From positions 7,688,001 to 7,752,000 of the forward strand of contig CM069166.1 of the NCBI GenBank assembly GCA_035221665.1: a stretch of 64,000 bases of DNA, written 5' to 3'. Source of the stretch: Okamejei kenojei. Taxonomy: Eukaryota. This document shows positions 12,823-25,759 of the stretch, piece after piece. Each line of letters begins with the position of its first letter. Positions within the stretch are counted from its first letter, which is position 1. A program made the translations under genes and the position numbers. The notes beneath the pieces are model-generated. The model did not search any database and had not been told where the DNA came from. It saw only the letters and a list, made by a program, of their open reading frames with translations.

Positions 12823-12877
12823 CTCACTAGTATTTTCTAAAAGGATATTCCCTTTTAGAAAATAATTCAATACTTAC

Positions 12878-13075
12878 TTCGACTTAAACTCAGGCTGCTT
12901 TTGTCAAGTTGTTCCAGATATTTGTGAATATTTTCACAACAGTGCAAGAAGGCATCAACGCATTCTTTTCCGTTTTGTATTACTCTGGATCTTCGTCTGC
13001 AGGTGTAACCAATAAGGTTGTTCTTCATTCCAGCATTGCAACACTTTTGTAGAGGCTTGGTACTGAACTTCTTCA
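12878..13075 (-). CDS. C3: Complement C3 exon 17 (C3a anaphylatoxin domain)
   Basis: 198 nt, ag..gtaagt; KKFSTKPLQKCCNAGMKNNLIGYTCRRRSRVIQNGKECVDAFLHCCENIHKYLEQLDKSSLSLSR with the six-Cys ANATO pattern. Confidence 0.96.
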
Positions 13076-13109
13076 CTGAAATAAAAAGCAAAGTTTTGAA
13101 AACTCATCA

Positions 13110-13629
13110 GGACAGTGTGGATCGGAGGATCAGTGCAGGATGAATGGGAGTTCACTACAGGATGAATGAGGGATCAGTACGGGATGAATGAGGGGATCAG
13201 TACAGGATGCATGAAGGGATCAGTACAGGATGCATGAGGGGATCAGTACAGGATGAATGGGGGATCAGTAAAAGATGAATGGGAAGATCACTACAGGATG
13301 GATGGGGGTGTTTGGTGCAGGGTAAATGGAAGGTGGGTCAGTACGGGATGAATGAGAGGATCAGTGCAGTATGAATGGGGAGGGGGGAGAAGTGCAGGAT
13401 GGATGAGAAGGGGGGTCAGTACAGGATGAATTGGGGGACCAGTGTGGGATGGATGGGGGGGTGGCAGGAGAATCAATGCGAGGTGGGTAGGGTGATGAAT
13501 AGATTGGGGGACGAGGGTAGATGGGGAGGGGAGCACAGGGGATATCAGTGAGGACTAAATAGAGGAGGGAATGGGGATCAGTGCAGGGTGGAGAGGAGGG
13601 GTCCCAGGATAGGAGGGATGGTGGGGGGG

Positions 13630-13683
<54 letters not shown>

Positions 13684-14492
13684 GGGTGAAGGGGCAAAGG
13701 AGATGGGGAGGAAGGAAGCTCAGCGCTCCTCGGACAACATCGCCCCGCTGCCTTGGCCGTCCCTGTCCAACGCCAAAGTGCTGCCGCCAAAGGGGGAGGC
13801 GGTAGGGATCTCCTCGCCACTATCTCCTCCTCCGCCAGCCGATAGGAAGGTGCGGGGCTGAGCAGTGCCGCTCAAAGATCCTATAGCCGTAGGATCTTTG
13901 GTGCAGCTGCTTCAGACCAAAGATCCGAGAGGAGTTTTGCTTCCGACTGCGGAAGGAGGCCTCTCCCTCCCTCCCTCTCTTTCTCCCTCTCTCTTTCTCC
14001 CTCTCTCTCTCTCCCTCCCTCGGCGTGCGAGAGGTGTTGTTTTGAAAGCGCCGTTATCAGCAAAGATACTAGAGGATCTTTGGTTATCAGGACAATAGCG
14101 GCCGCTGCCTGCAAATCCGCAAAAGGCGCTTTCAAAACAACCCCTCTCGCACGCCGAGGCCGGGAGGAGGGAGGGAGGGAGGGAGGCGGTGGAGCCGCTG
14201 CTGCCGCTGTTCGGGGCCCGTCATTCGCTCCGACCCTTCGTCACCACGCACCTACGCACCTAGTATCATTGCCCTGCAATCAAAGATACTACAGGAATAC
14301 AGCCGCCACCGTCGACACGCTCCTATTCTCCAGAGATGCTGCCTGACCCGCGGAGTTACTCCAGTTTTTTGAGTCTATCGGTATAAACCAGTATTTGCTT
14401 GCCAAGCCGTGCAAAATGAGTCGGCGTTTAGGTTCCCCGGCGGCACTTTGGGTGGTCATTGGCACCCGGGCAACCGCTAATTTCGAGCCCTG
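13110..14492 (-). mobile_element. hAT-like non-autonomous DNA transposon remnant with 22-23 bp minisatellite
   Basis: Minus strand begins CAGGGCTCGAAATT (hAT-type terminus); ggatcagtacaggatgaatg repeats at 13171, 13194, 13217, 13240, 13262; homologous, oppositely oriented copy from about 22560. Confidence 0.55.
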
Positions 14493-16266
14493 CAGCTGTA
14501 CCATTGCGTCACCCAAAACTAAAAAGAAGGCTGAGTTTGTGAAATATCAGAGATGATCTAAGGAGCTGTTATTAGAGGAAAACTTAAGCTGAATCTGTGT
14601 TCTCTGGAGTTCAGAAGACTAACATTTCAGCTCATTAACACTTGTAATATGCTGGGTATCTTGACTGCTTGGATTCTGTAAGGATCCTGCCTTGGTAGGG
14701 GAATCTGGATAAACATAGAACAATACAGCAGATGAACAGGCTCTTCATCCCACAATGTCTGTGCCGAACTCAATGCCAAAGCCAAAACTAAACTTGCATG
14801 ACTGCACATAATCCACATCCTTAAACTTCTCCGAGTTGCATCAATCTTAAGGGACACAATGGTCAGTCATTTCATTTACTTTCTCGCTCTTGGGATTGTA
14901 TATGCAAGAGTGCTGTCAACAATTAAATTAATGAGCATAAGAATACGTGAGCTTGGGATTGATTAAAAAATTGGGCAAGGGACTGAAAGCTCATTAGGAC
15001 CGGATCTATTCAGATGTGTTCTTATCGAAAGATGCAAAAGTTTAAAAACCTTATGGCTAACCACATCATATCTAGTACATTATTTCATGACTTTGCAAGC
15101 AATAGACATTTTTCTTATCGAAGTTACACATTTCTCAGGATCTAAGCATTACTGCAGAGCCAGCGTTCATTGTCCATCCCTGAGAAAATGGTGGCAAAAC
15201 ACACTCTTGAAATGCTGCAGTTCATCCGATGATAGTGCAATGAGTTGTTAGGCAGGGGGTTCCAGGATTTAGAACTAGTGATGAAGAAGGACTAGCAGAA
15301 TATTCTAAATTAGGATAGTGCAAGATTTGGAGAGGAACCTGCAGGTGGTGATGTTTCTATGGTTTATGCCTCTGACCTTCTTGGTGGGTACAGACTATGG
15401 GTGAGGGGGTGGCACTGGAGTAGCCGAGGTAAGTAACTGAATTGTATTTTGTAGATGGAGGTGATGGAAGAACCTAATGTTTAGAATGGCCAAAAGTTGT
15501 TGAAGCTTCTCATGTCAAAAAAAGTGGAGAATTGCTCCTGACGTGCTGTGTGAATTTTGGAAAAGCTTTGAGGTATCAGGGGGGGTTGAGTCGCTCACAA
15601 CTAGTCTCTGACCGGCTTATGTAACCTGGGCATTCATGTTACAACAAAACCAGGGTGACACCTTTGCAGAACATTTCTGTTCCATCCACGAAGTCAACTT
15701 CCATTCAACTGTCATTTTTATTCCCTATCCCACTCTCAGTTTAACATTTCAATCTTCTACCAACCGCGGTTCTCTATGAAAACTTCAATGTAAGTCAAGG
15801 ATCTCATGTTTCATCTGGGCTCATTTGGGACCTAATAGTGAATTTATCTATTTCATGTCTTGCTCATTATCATTTTGTCAAATGCTCGTTTTCAAACTAA
15901 GTACCATCTTTTCAACTTAGGTCTGCATCCTATCACAGACATTCCCCCTGTTCTCTCCATCTTTCCCCACTATGCAACTTAAAGCATTCCTCACATCTAT
16001 TAATTGTCAAGAATAAGTTCATCTTCAACCCTCCCTGGCACACAAACAAAATATTTCCACTGTACTTCAGTACATGTGACTATAATAAACCAAGCTAAGC
16101 TAAGCTATTTTTTGCCACTTTTGTGGTGCAGTTTTGCTTGCCACTTATCAGCCTATGTTTGAACATATTGATGACTGAACAAATAAACCTGGACCTTTAC
16201 AGCAGCATTCAGTCTTTTGCATATTCAATCTCTCATCAAAGTATGAACTCAACAGTAAATACATAC

Positions 16267-16338
16267 GTGTCTCGGCCTTGAATTCTTCCAGTCCTGTTGC
16301 ACGACGCTTGCGCAGATTTGGCTGTTCACACGTCAGCT
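16267..16338 (-). CDS. C3: Complement C3 exon 16 (beta/alpha processing site)
   Basis: 72 nt, ag..gtatgt; ELTCEQPNLRKRRATGLEEFKAET with tetrabasic RKRR at 16301-16312. Confidence 0.95.
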
Positions 16339-17689
16339 CTACAATAAATATTGGGGAAAGGTACGTATATGAATGTTAATTTGCAACTCTGCTGTTGCAC
16401 GAGTATCCAGTTGCATTTCAATTTACAACACATTAAATGTACACATTTTCCAAATGGTCTTTTATGTGGGCTTGAAAAGTAGTATGTAAATCAAACATGC
16501 AAGGCACTTCAAACGACTACACTGCCATGCGGTGCCAGGCATAAATTGGAGCACATTATTCTGAAAAAAGGGATTTATTAATTAAAATGTGGTAGTTATT
16601 AGGCAAGCACTTTATTGTAAGTATGTGTAAATGAACCACACATATCAGGGGAGATGCCTGGTTGAGGTTTCACCATTGATGAGGCAACACCATGCAACCA
16701 TTGCTAATATGTTTTTTCATCCAACGAGCAAGAATCTTGAGAATGTGAAGCAATATTAAAATCACAAATTAAAGACTGAAACAGTCACATGCTGGAGATA
16801 ACTGTATGATCTAAGTAATAACTCATAGTACATGCTGAAATAGCAAGAATGTTAACAACATTTCAGTACTACCTTCATTATGGTCAAGGCATTTTATAGC
16901 CAATAACCTACTCCTGTGGCAGAAAATGCAGTAGACATTTTGCGATCACTACATGTAGGTCTCCACAGGCAACAATTCATAACCTCCAGGATATGTTTTA
17001 TGTTAGAATTATAAATATTGTCTGAGGAATTAGGGACATCTCCCGTGTTCTTCAAATTAATACAATGGGATGCATCACAGCCAGCTAGAACTGTTAAACA
17101 GTTTAACCTTCCCTTCAGGTATTATTCCCTTATAATGTGTTGATGCGATAGTAATGGTTGATGAAAGATAGATGAAGAATGAGAATCTCCTTCCTGGTAC
17201 CTTTCGAACATCTGATGTATTGTTTAGTTTGGAACTTAGTTTATTGAAACAACATTTTGCTCACTGTCCACGCAGACCATCATTCACCCATTCACTCTAG
17301 TTCCCTGTTAAGACTTAGAATCATACAGTTGGAAATGTGCTATCATCCCAACTTGATCAGGCTGACCAACATGCTCATGTACGCTAGTCCCACCTGCCTG
17401 TTCTTGGACCATAACCCTCTAAACCTGTCCTATTTTTATGTACCTGTTCAAATGTCTCTTAAGTGCTATGATAGTCCCTGCCTCAAATACCTCCACTGGC
17501 AGCTCATTCCATTTACCCACCACCATTTGTATAAAAAAGATCCCCCTGAGGTTCCTAGTAAATCTTTCCGCCCTCACTCTAAACCTATGTCTTCTGGTTC
17601 TTGATTCCCCCTCTCTGGGCCAAAGACATTGGGCATTTACCCGATCTTTTCCTGCATTTGCGCTATTCTGTCACTTTCCCATCGACTCC

Positions 17690-17880
17690 CAACACCCTAG
17701 GGATAATTTACAGTCCAATCAACTTACAAACCCACATGTCTTTGGGATGTGGGAGGAAACCAGAACACATGAAGGAAATCCATGCTGGAAAACATGCTAA
17801 CTCCGCACAGACACGGGTCAGGATCCAACCCACATGCCTGGCACTGTGAGTTAGCAGCTCTGCCAACTGCGTCACTGTGT
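17690..17880 (-). mobile_element. V-SINE/HE1-like tRNA-derived SINE
   Basis: Reverse complement has the ggtttcctcccacatcccaaagac core shared with the copy at 56087-56390. Confidence 0.7.
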
Positions 17881-18473
17881 ATTCAAAGCGTTTCCTCATA
17901 CAACAATAATGAGAAGTCTTCACCACACTTACAAATCAAAATCAGGGTGCCAATTCTTGCAAGCTTCAATATTCTTAGTAGCCTATAGTTTGGCAATTTA
18001 TAAACATTGGAGGAGGGATCATGAGAATTGATGGGAAAGTAAAGCTGGCTGTATCAATGTATCAGGACTAATCAGGATTAGTATAAAACACAAAGTGCTG
18101 CAGTAACTCAGCAGGTTAGTTAGCATCTCCAGAGGACATGGATAGATGACCTTTCAGGTCAGGAACCTTCTTCAGACTATCCTTACGCATGTTGCCCTGA
18201 GGTACTGCCTGACCCGCTGACTTACTTCAGCACTTTGTGTTTTATTCAATATTCCAGCATCTGCAGTTCATTGTGTCTTTATTTTGAGATTACATTGCTG
18301 AGGGACAGGTGATGTGTTGCAAATAGGGCCTAAAATTGAACTGTGGGAGCTGCCATGGATAATAATTACAGGGCATTCCATTTAAGCATTACCTCCTTGA
18401 TCTTCAAACAAACAACTAGAAAATGATCAGAAACACACCATTCAGTTTACATATTTCTTTCAGAAATCAGTAC

Positions 18474-18603
18474 CTGTTCTTGCTTCAGTCTTGAGGTTTC
18501 TGTTTGTTACAAAGGCTAATCCAGCATCTGAGAAAACACCAAAGACATCACTGCCACTTCCAGGTGTGCAACCAATATCATTTTTCTCCACCAGACTCCA
18601 GAT
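18474..18603 (-). CDS. C3: Complement C3 exon 15 (linker region)
   Basis: 130 nt; [43 protein letters not shown] matches C3 [17 protein letters not shown]. Confidence 0.96.
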
Positions 18604-18949
18604 CTGCATAGAACACGTACACAGAATGCATGTTAACCAGGTTGTTAATGTCAGTTAACAAGTTACTAGTGGTGGAGGATACCAGGGTCAAATGCATATC
18701 CATCTGTTTGCACTTTCTTTTGAGAAGACTTTGGGCAATGCTCATGATAACAGACACATCATTGACCCAGCAAGTTAATAATCTAACTTATTTGTTAAAT
18801 TCAGCCAAGGATTCAAACCCTACCAAAAACCTACAAACTCTAAAACCATTTAACTAACATAAGCTGGATGAAAAAGGTATAATTGAGAAAAAAGATCATA
18901 AAAACAAATGGATTATCACATTAAAGGCAGAAGAACCTAAGAAAGTTGC

Positions 18950-19660
18950 TAAGTAGACCGTCAGCCATTGAGCATACTCTAACTTTCAGCAAGTTTATGG
19001 GTGTTTTTTTTCTGCAGCAATGTTTTACTGTACAATCCCCACAGCTGTGTCTAACCTTGATGGATATGCCACTGTTTTCACAGACTTTATTAGCTAGTGT
19101 GCAGAAGACTGTGTACCAAAGTAGACAATTAGTGTAGTGCCCAACCGGAAACCATGGATGAACCATGAGGTCCACCCCCAGGGGATTCAAGTCAAACGAT
19201 TCCAAGCGGTACAAGAAATGTATTTATGACCTTTGCAGAACTATTAAGACTGCCGAGAGGGAATTCCAGACTAGGCTGGAGGCTCGAGGCAATGACACTG
19301 ACACCAGTAGCTTGTGACAAGGCTTGCAGGTTGTAACCGGCTTCAAATCGAGGGTGGGCAATCACTAGATAATGTGGCAGACGGACTTCCTGAGAGTGAA
19401 TCACCAGAAAGCAACTGGCTCAGATGTAGTCCCTGGTAGGACCTCAGAACCTGCGTCGATCAGCTGGCATAAGTATTCACAGACATCTTAAACCTCTCTC
19501 TGCTTCTTTTGGAAGTGCCCACCTGCTTTTTGAAGCCCACTATCATCCTGATGCTGAGGAAAAGTAAGGTAATGGGCCATAGTGATTACCATCTAATGCC
19601 TCAGTCATCCAGCATCATGAAGTGCTTTGAGAGACTGCCGATGGCATACATTAACCTCGC
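18950..19660 (+). mobile_element. Decayed Rex1/Babar-like LINE fragment
   Basis: PNRKPWMN-like and ..DILNLSL..EVPTCFLKPTII..IMKCFERL remnants. Confidence 0.6.
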
Positions 19661-19716
19661 TTCCAGCCAGTAATGTCTAGATATTAACATATGGAGAAAG
19701 ATCGACGTTTTCTTAC

Positions 19717-19881
19717 CTTACTCTGCGTTATTTTATTTTTCTTGGTCAGTGCAAATACGGCTTTATCCACAACAACAAATCCAACCTTTGCTCCAGGATC
19801 TCCTGTCAGTTTCAATGTAAACCCGTTTCCGGGACTGAATATTTTCTTGTTGTCAATTGGATTTTGCATAGAAACTTCCAG
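19717..19881 (-). CDS. C3: Complement C3 exon 14
   Basis: 165 nt; [55 protein letters not shown]; cag/gtaaga boundaries. Confidence 0.95.
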
Positions 19882-20508
19882 CTGGGAAGAAATATGTTCG
19901 TTTCGAATATTGTCACAACAATTTAGGTTAGTGCGGAAACAACAATTGTTACTGACTAGCATCAAATGAGTCCAGGCATATTGAATTTACACCCCAGTAA
20001 TTGTGAAATTGACAACACTGAATGAACGCTGATTTCAAAGCCATACTGAAACACGTGGCAATATTAGTTGCATGGATCTTTCCTCCCCGACTCCTGTTGT
20101 TGTCAGTTCAAAGGCTTCATAGCATCCATCCACCACAAAGTTATCAGTTTTGCTCCGCAATCTACCACATCAGCTAGACTTCAAATATTGAAATATTTCA
20201 TTGGGAATTACACTGTTTCAAAACTTCTAGTACACGACTGAAAAACTGGTAAACAATGACATACATAGTTGTACATCGGTATCTGAGCAATAAAGGGGAA
20301 GCTAAGGAAGCCTATCCTTGTTAAACTAACAATTTTCCAACCCAACTAGTAGGAGGTAATGTGCTCCATTCCTGTGAGAAAGACCGAGAAGTGAACTGAC
20401 AAAAATAATGGCTCATGCTACAAATGTTATTCTTATCTGATTTTTATACGACTGTTACCCTCCCTTTCCCAGACTCCACTTCAGAGAAAATAGATATAAA
20501 GCACTTAC

Positions 20509-20709
20509 TTTTCCCATGCATGTGTCCTTCACGTCAATCCACACAGAATCAGCAACAAGATCCACCTGTCCGTCTATGACAACGTAGTAATAAACTAACA
20601 GTCTGAACGATGGAATTAAGTTTTCTGTGATTCGGAACTGTAAGGTCGTCACATGTTGATCTGTTCTCTGCTGTCTCCCAACTTTGACAATCTTCCCTTT
20701 GCTAATCAC
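20509..20709 (-). CDS. C3: Complement C3 exon 13
   Basis: 201 nt; VISKGKIVKVGRQ..LIPSFRLLVYYYV..DLVADSVWIDVKDTCMGK; gtaagt donor. Confidence 0.96.
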
Positions 20710-21693
20710 CTGGCAAATACAAGCAAACAGAATTAATTAAGAAAAGTAAACATTTACAGTACAAACGACTGAAGACATGGATTACAAATTTTCTTTGGAT
20801 GATGGCACAGAAAGGACAATACTGCATTAGCCACTTGTCAAAGCCAGGGTCCAATATTTAATCACATTGATTCAAATTTAATTTAATTAAATTCTTGTTT
20901 TGCGACTGTCTCAGACAAACCACCTCTGGTGTGTATGGGGAGCCAGAATCAAAATGTAATAACCAATAACCACAAATCTTCAAACAAGAATGAAGTCCAC
21001 AGTCATAATATTATCCTTGTATTCAACGCAGGTATTCATGAACAAAGTTGAATGAAAACCCATCTCTCCTACAGCAGGAATTTGAGAAAATGGACAACAG
21101 AGGAACTTTGTTTTTGGAGAGCACAATCACTCTGAACACTTTGAAAAAGATAACATTGAGAATTCATGTTGGCAATAGGTACTCCAGGAAGAATGTCAGG
21201 ACTCCAATCTTCTAGCTTCTCATGTCACATTTTCATTATTTTATTTCCTTCATATATCCAAATAATCCTCCATCTCCATACGAAGGGATCCTACAGTCAA
21301 ATCAACCCCTTAATCACTTTCACAACAACTATTACAGGCTGTCAGATGTTACAATCTTGCCTCTTTGAAAAAGTTGCCCTTCAGGTTCCTATTATATATT
21401 TCCTCCCTCACCTTAAATCAATGTACCCACTTCTGGATTCCACTTTTTTGGATAAAAGACTGTGTTTTTACTCTATCTATTCCCTTATCATGACTTTATA
21501 CATTGCTATAAGATCACCCCTCATCCTCCTATGCTCCAAGAAATAAAGCCCGAGCCTGCCCTACCTCTCCCTGAGGCTCAGGCCCTCACATCCTGGCAAC
21601 ATCCTTATATTGTTTTGTTATTGTTTAATGCTGAGGTTTGTTAAATTCAAAATGAATATCAATAAGGCAAGACAAGTGTGGAGAAAACCATAC

Positions 21694-21900
21694 CATGTAG
21701 GTGAAGTATTTTATTTGCTTCTCGACGTTTTTGTTATCATTTACAACGTTCAGGTAAACCAATATATCATTAACACCTGCTTCTCGTTCTTCATGGTGAT
21801 GGTTAATATGCAAGTAGTTCTTTGTCCCATGTTGTGTCTTGTAAGATAATGCAACCATTGTTGCAGATGCCTGTTGAATGTCGGCAACGTCTGTTGAAAC
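21694..21900 (-). CDS. C3: Complement C3 exon 12
   Basis: 207 nt; VSTDVADIQQASATMVALSYKTQHGTKNYLHI..QIKYFTYM; cag/gtatgg. Confidence 0.93.
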
Positions 21901-22029
21901 CTGCAAGCAGAAGGACAAAAAAGGGAAACTTAAATTCCAACCATTGAGCACATGTCCATCGTTTGCCCCTTTTACCATGGCAATTTCACCATTGAGTGAA
22001 AACTAGTGAGATTGCATTTGTCCCGCTCT

Positions 22030-22410
22030 CTTTATTTATTTATTATTTTTTTAATGTTTATTTTATTAGAAGCAATTGTACAAGAAGAAAGAAATCGACA
22101 TAACAATTATACAATTTTCGTACAGCTTTCAGTTTTAACATTTTATAAACTGATAAGTGAATGGGAAAAAAGTAAAAAGGGAAAGAATGAAGAGGAAGAC
22201 AAAAGATACAAAAAAGAAAGAAGAAAAAAACCCTGAACTAACAAAGAAGTGAGAAAAAAAAAAAAAAGTGGAGACATGTCCCACTATCCTTCCCTACACC
22301 CGCTCACCCAACCCTAGCATCGGTTTTGAATTTGTGTTCAACCATTCTGTTGTTAAAAAATTCCTTGAAAGGAGACCATATTTTGGAAAATTGGTCTGAT
22401 TTACGCTCTC
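22030..22410 (-). mobile_element. L1-like LINE 3' end fragment
   Basis: Minus strand ..DQFSKIWSPF.. (ORF2 end) followed by a T-rich UTR and A-rich tail with AATAAA; resembles the L1 tail at about 31314-31345. Confidence 0.55.
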
Positions 22411-22559
22411 TTTATTTAAAAGGAAAAAATTCCACAAAGTTAGCGAGATCAGATTGTTGTAACGTAGAAAGGTGAAGCGAGATATGCAGCTACTCCTGTA
22501 GTGTAAACATTCAGGATTATTGCTGAATGTTAACTGGACCAAAAGTATATTCTGCATCA

Positions 22560-23340
22560 GTTGCTCGGGTGCCAATGACCACCTAAAGTGCCGCCGGGCA
22601 ACCTAAATGCTGAGTCATTTTGCCCGGCTTGGCACTGCAGATACTGGTTTATACCGAAATAAACAAAAAACTGGAGTAACTCAGTGGGTCAGGCAGCATC
22701 TCTGAAGAAAAGGAATGTGACGTTTCGTGTCGAGAAAGGCCACCTTCCGCCGTCTGAAGCACCTGCATCGCTCGGCCCCGCACCTTCCTGTTGGCTGGCG
22801 GAGAAGGGGAGGCAGTGGCGAGGAGATCCCAACTGCCTCCCCCTTTGGCGGCGGCACTTGGCGGTGGACAGGGACGGCCAAGGCAGTGGGGCGATGATTC
22901 GCATTGATTCTCCTGCCACTCCCCATCCATCCTACACTGATCCCCCAATTCATCCTGTACTGACCCCCCTTCCCATCCATCCTGCACTGCATCCCCCCAT
23001 TCATCCTGTACTGATCCCTTCATTCATCTTGCACTGATCTCCCGATCCATTTTGTACTGACCCCCCCTCCATTTATCCTGCACCGATCCCCCCCATCCAC
23101 CTGTACTGATCCGCCCATTCATCCTGCGCTGATCCCCCCCCCCATCCATCCTGTACTGATCCTCCCATTCAACCCCACTGACATCCCCCGCGCTCTCCCC
23201 TCACAATTTTACCTGTGCCAACCAACCTAATTTCCCTGCCTCAATCCATCCATTCCGCACCGATTGCCTTCTCAAACTCACCTCGCCATCTATCCATCCC
23301 GCACTGATTCACACCCCCCCTCCCGACCCTATTGTGCTGG
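22560..23340 (+). mobile_element. Second copy of the hAT-like/minisatellite composite (terminus missing)
   Basis: gttgctcgggtgccaatgaccacctaaagtgccgccggg.. is the reverse complement of about 14390-14475; same Penelope piece, GC-rich block and minisatellite (22920-23170). Confidence 0.65.
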
Positions 23341-24439
23341 AAATGTCTTCAGAGCAAAATTTTACTATGTTTGATAACGGAATGCAATCAAATATTTTTT
23401 AATTCCCAATGTTATTATTTTTTTCAATCCATTGAGATGGATTAATTAAATTGTGAACACGTGAAACATTAAAACCGCAGTGTTCAATTGTCACTGCTAA
23501 TGTTGACACATTATTACAGAATTCATTTTAACAGCAAATCAATGCTCTTAATGTGGAGTATCAATACTGTAGTGATTTAATGAGCAACATTCACAACTAT
23601 ATGTTGGATTTATCCAGGTTTTACTTCTACAGTCAGTCATATACATCACAAATTTGGTCAGGAGATATTTCAGTTGAATCTTTAACGTTAATTCTGAAGT
23701 GGGAATGATGGAAACAGCGTTTATTAATAATTTAAAATCTGGTGCGTACAAACTGGGTATCTTCATTGCTGTTCACAACACATACATCTAATCTGAATGT
23801 CCGGTAATATGGTGTTTTGACACCTTTAAACATATTGCCAAAAGAACATTTGCTGCAGTTATATCCTTTGACCATCCCTTGTCAGTTAGTGTAATTTTAA
23901 CCTGTCAGATGGGTATAGTCAGTTTTAACAAGTATTATCATAAAATGCCATTAGAAATTTCCTCGCAACCTGTATATTTTGTTATGGATAAATTATATGG
24001 ACAGCGAGAGTGTTTCTCTACGAATAGCAATAATGACCGATGCTATGGCCATGTCATGATAATTTTCGGTCCTTCACAGAAAACATGCTTGCATCAATCT
24101 GTAGTGTGCATGATTAAGCATATATGTTACCATGGTCCAGGATTTATTGACACAGGTTGATCATACGCTGAATAATCCAACCACATTTTTGTTTGGAAGT
24201 GAAAAGAAATAATAGAAATTGCATTCATTGCAACATGTTGAAAGGGTTGAGATACTGTATTATAATTTTGCTGCATGTAATTGTGGTATATATCATGCCT
24301 TGATTGGGTGAGTATAGTTTAGTTTGTGACTTTATTTGAAGCAGAAATAATATGTGAATGCTATATTGCGCATAATTCCGACTGGTAACTACACACTTCG
24401 TCCGAGCACATTATCGCACGCGTCATGCAAACCGTCTTA

Positions 24440-24629
24440 AATGCTAACGCTGTGTTGCCTTTGGTTTGGAAATGCTAACGCTGCGGTGCCTTTGGTTTGG
24501 AAATGCTAACGCTTTGTTGCCTTTGGTTTGGAAATGCTAAAGCTGTGTTGCCTAATTAAAGTTGCCTTGCCTAATTAAAGTTGCCATGTCTAATTAAAGT
24601 TGCCTTGTCTAATTAAAGTTGCCTTGCCT
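24440..24629. repeat. Adjacent 31-bp and 19-bp tandem repeats
   Basis: (aaatgctaacgctgtgttgcctttggtttgg) about 3.5 copies, then (ctaattaaagttgccttgy) about 4 copies. Confidence 0.9.
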
Positions 24630-25374
24630 TCTATATAATTAAAAGTCTAATCTTGACCACTTCCTGTTTGCGCTTTATATTGATTTTAGAAAAAATGCTA
24701 CCACGTATGGCTGTGATTTTGGCCATCTTACTCAGTCCTCCTTCGCTCATCAGGTGTCGAGAATTTTTCCCATCAATGAAAAATAAAAGAGTTATTAGTG
24801 TTTTAAAAATGTTGAGATTCTCTCCTGTCAATCACGTCATGAAGGCCACGCCCCTTCTGGTGGGAGGGGGAGGGACTATAAAACCCAGAAGTGTGGGCGT
24901 GGCTAAGTCTCTGCAAGATGGAGGAGGGAGAGGTCACGACTCGCTGTCTTTAGAGGCCTTGCACCCTACTTGAAATGGTATGAAACTGCACTTGAATTTG
25001 GTGGCTTTGCACCCTGCTTGAAGTGGTAAGAAACTGCACTTGAATTTGGTGGCCTTGCACCCTGCTTGAAATGGAATTTCAAGGAATAGCCATGAGTCAA
25101 CTACCAGCCCACCAGCCGTTAGTGAGTGAGCTGCCAGCACAACAGGCTTGAGTGACTGAGCCTCCAACCCAAGAATCCATTTGGCCCACAATGTCCATAC
25201 TAGCGCTCAAAACCAGCCCCTTCAGCCCACCATACCCATACTAGCACTACAGAAAGACCTCCCCCCCCCTCCCACTGGCCACCAATATTGGAATTGGTCG
25301 AGAAATGGAATATTGCGTTTGGGGACCAGCCCTCCCGTATGATGGTGGGACCCAACGGGTCCCACTTAGTCTAG
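24630..25374 (+). mobile_element. Non-autonomous Helitron, same family as 3619-7350
   Basis: Starts TCTATATAATTAAAAGTCT; ends GGGACCC-AAC-GGGTCCC hairpin, ACTTAGT, CTAG|T; internal 48-bp repeats at 24961, 25009, 25057. Confidence 0.8.
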
Positions 25375-25414
25375 TTTCATTCTATGAGTCTATATCAAAT
25401 GGCTTATTTCTTAC

Positions 25415-25561
25415 TGTTATAGAAAGTATATGTGTATTTCCAGCTGTATTCACGGTCAACATGGACATTCCATCAGATCGAGTGGTTGAGCTGACATCTT
25501 CACCGTCAACCTTCACACGAACCTGATCGGCAGGGGAACCATCGGGATTTGTTACATGGAC
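25415..25561 (-). CDS. C3: Complement C3 exon 11
   Basis: 147 nt; VHVTNPDGSPADQVRVKVDGEDVSSTTRSDGMSMLTVNTAGNTHILSIT (C3 VTNPDGSPA). Confidence 0.95.
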
Positions 25562-25643
25562 CTTGGGTGATAAAGAACAGGATGAATGTCTTCTTTCAGT
25601 TTTAGCAAAGATGCACTATGAGATTATGGAAAGGAAACTGTAC

Positions 25644-25759
25644 CATTATGTTAAAAGGCATCCCAGGCTTGAAATACTTGGAGGTTTTGGAGAACGAGAT
25701 TGTATATGGGCTGCGAACTATTTTTAGGTTTGTTTTTTCAGCTTCTACCACGTCACTGC
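25644..25759 (-). CDS. C3: Complement C3 exon 10
   Basis: 116 nt; [39 protein letters not shown] (C3 KYFKPGMPF). Confidence 0.96.

Noticed and set aside
13578-14346. GC-rich ORFs with ER/SL repeats
   Set aside because: Derived from a (GA)n microsatellite and repeat sequence.
21694-21900. HHHEE run in exon 12 as a metal-binding site
   Set aside because: Too short, in a variable region, with no supporting evidence.
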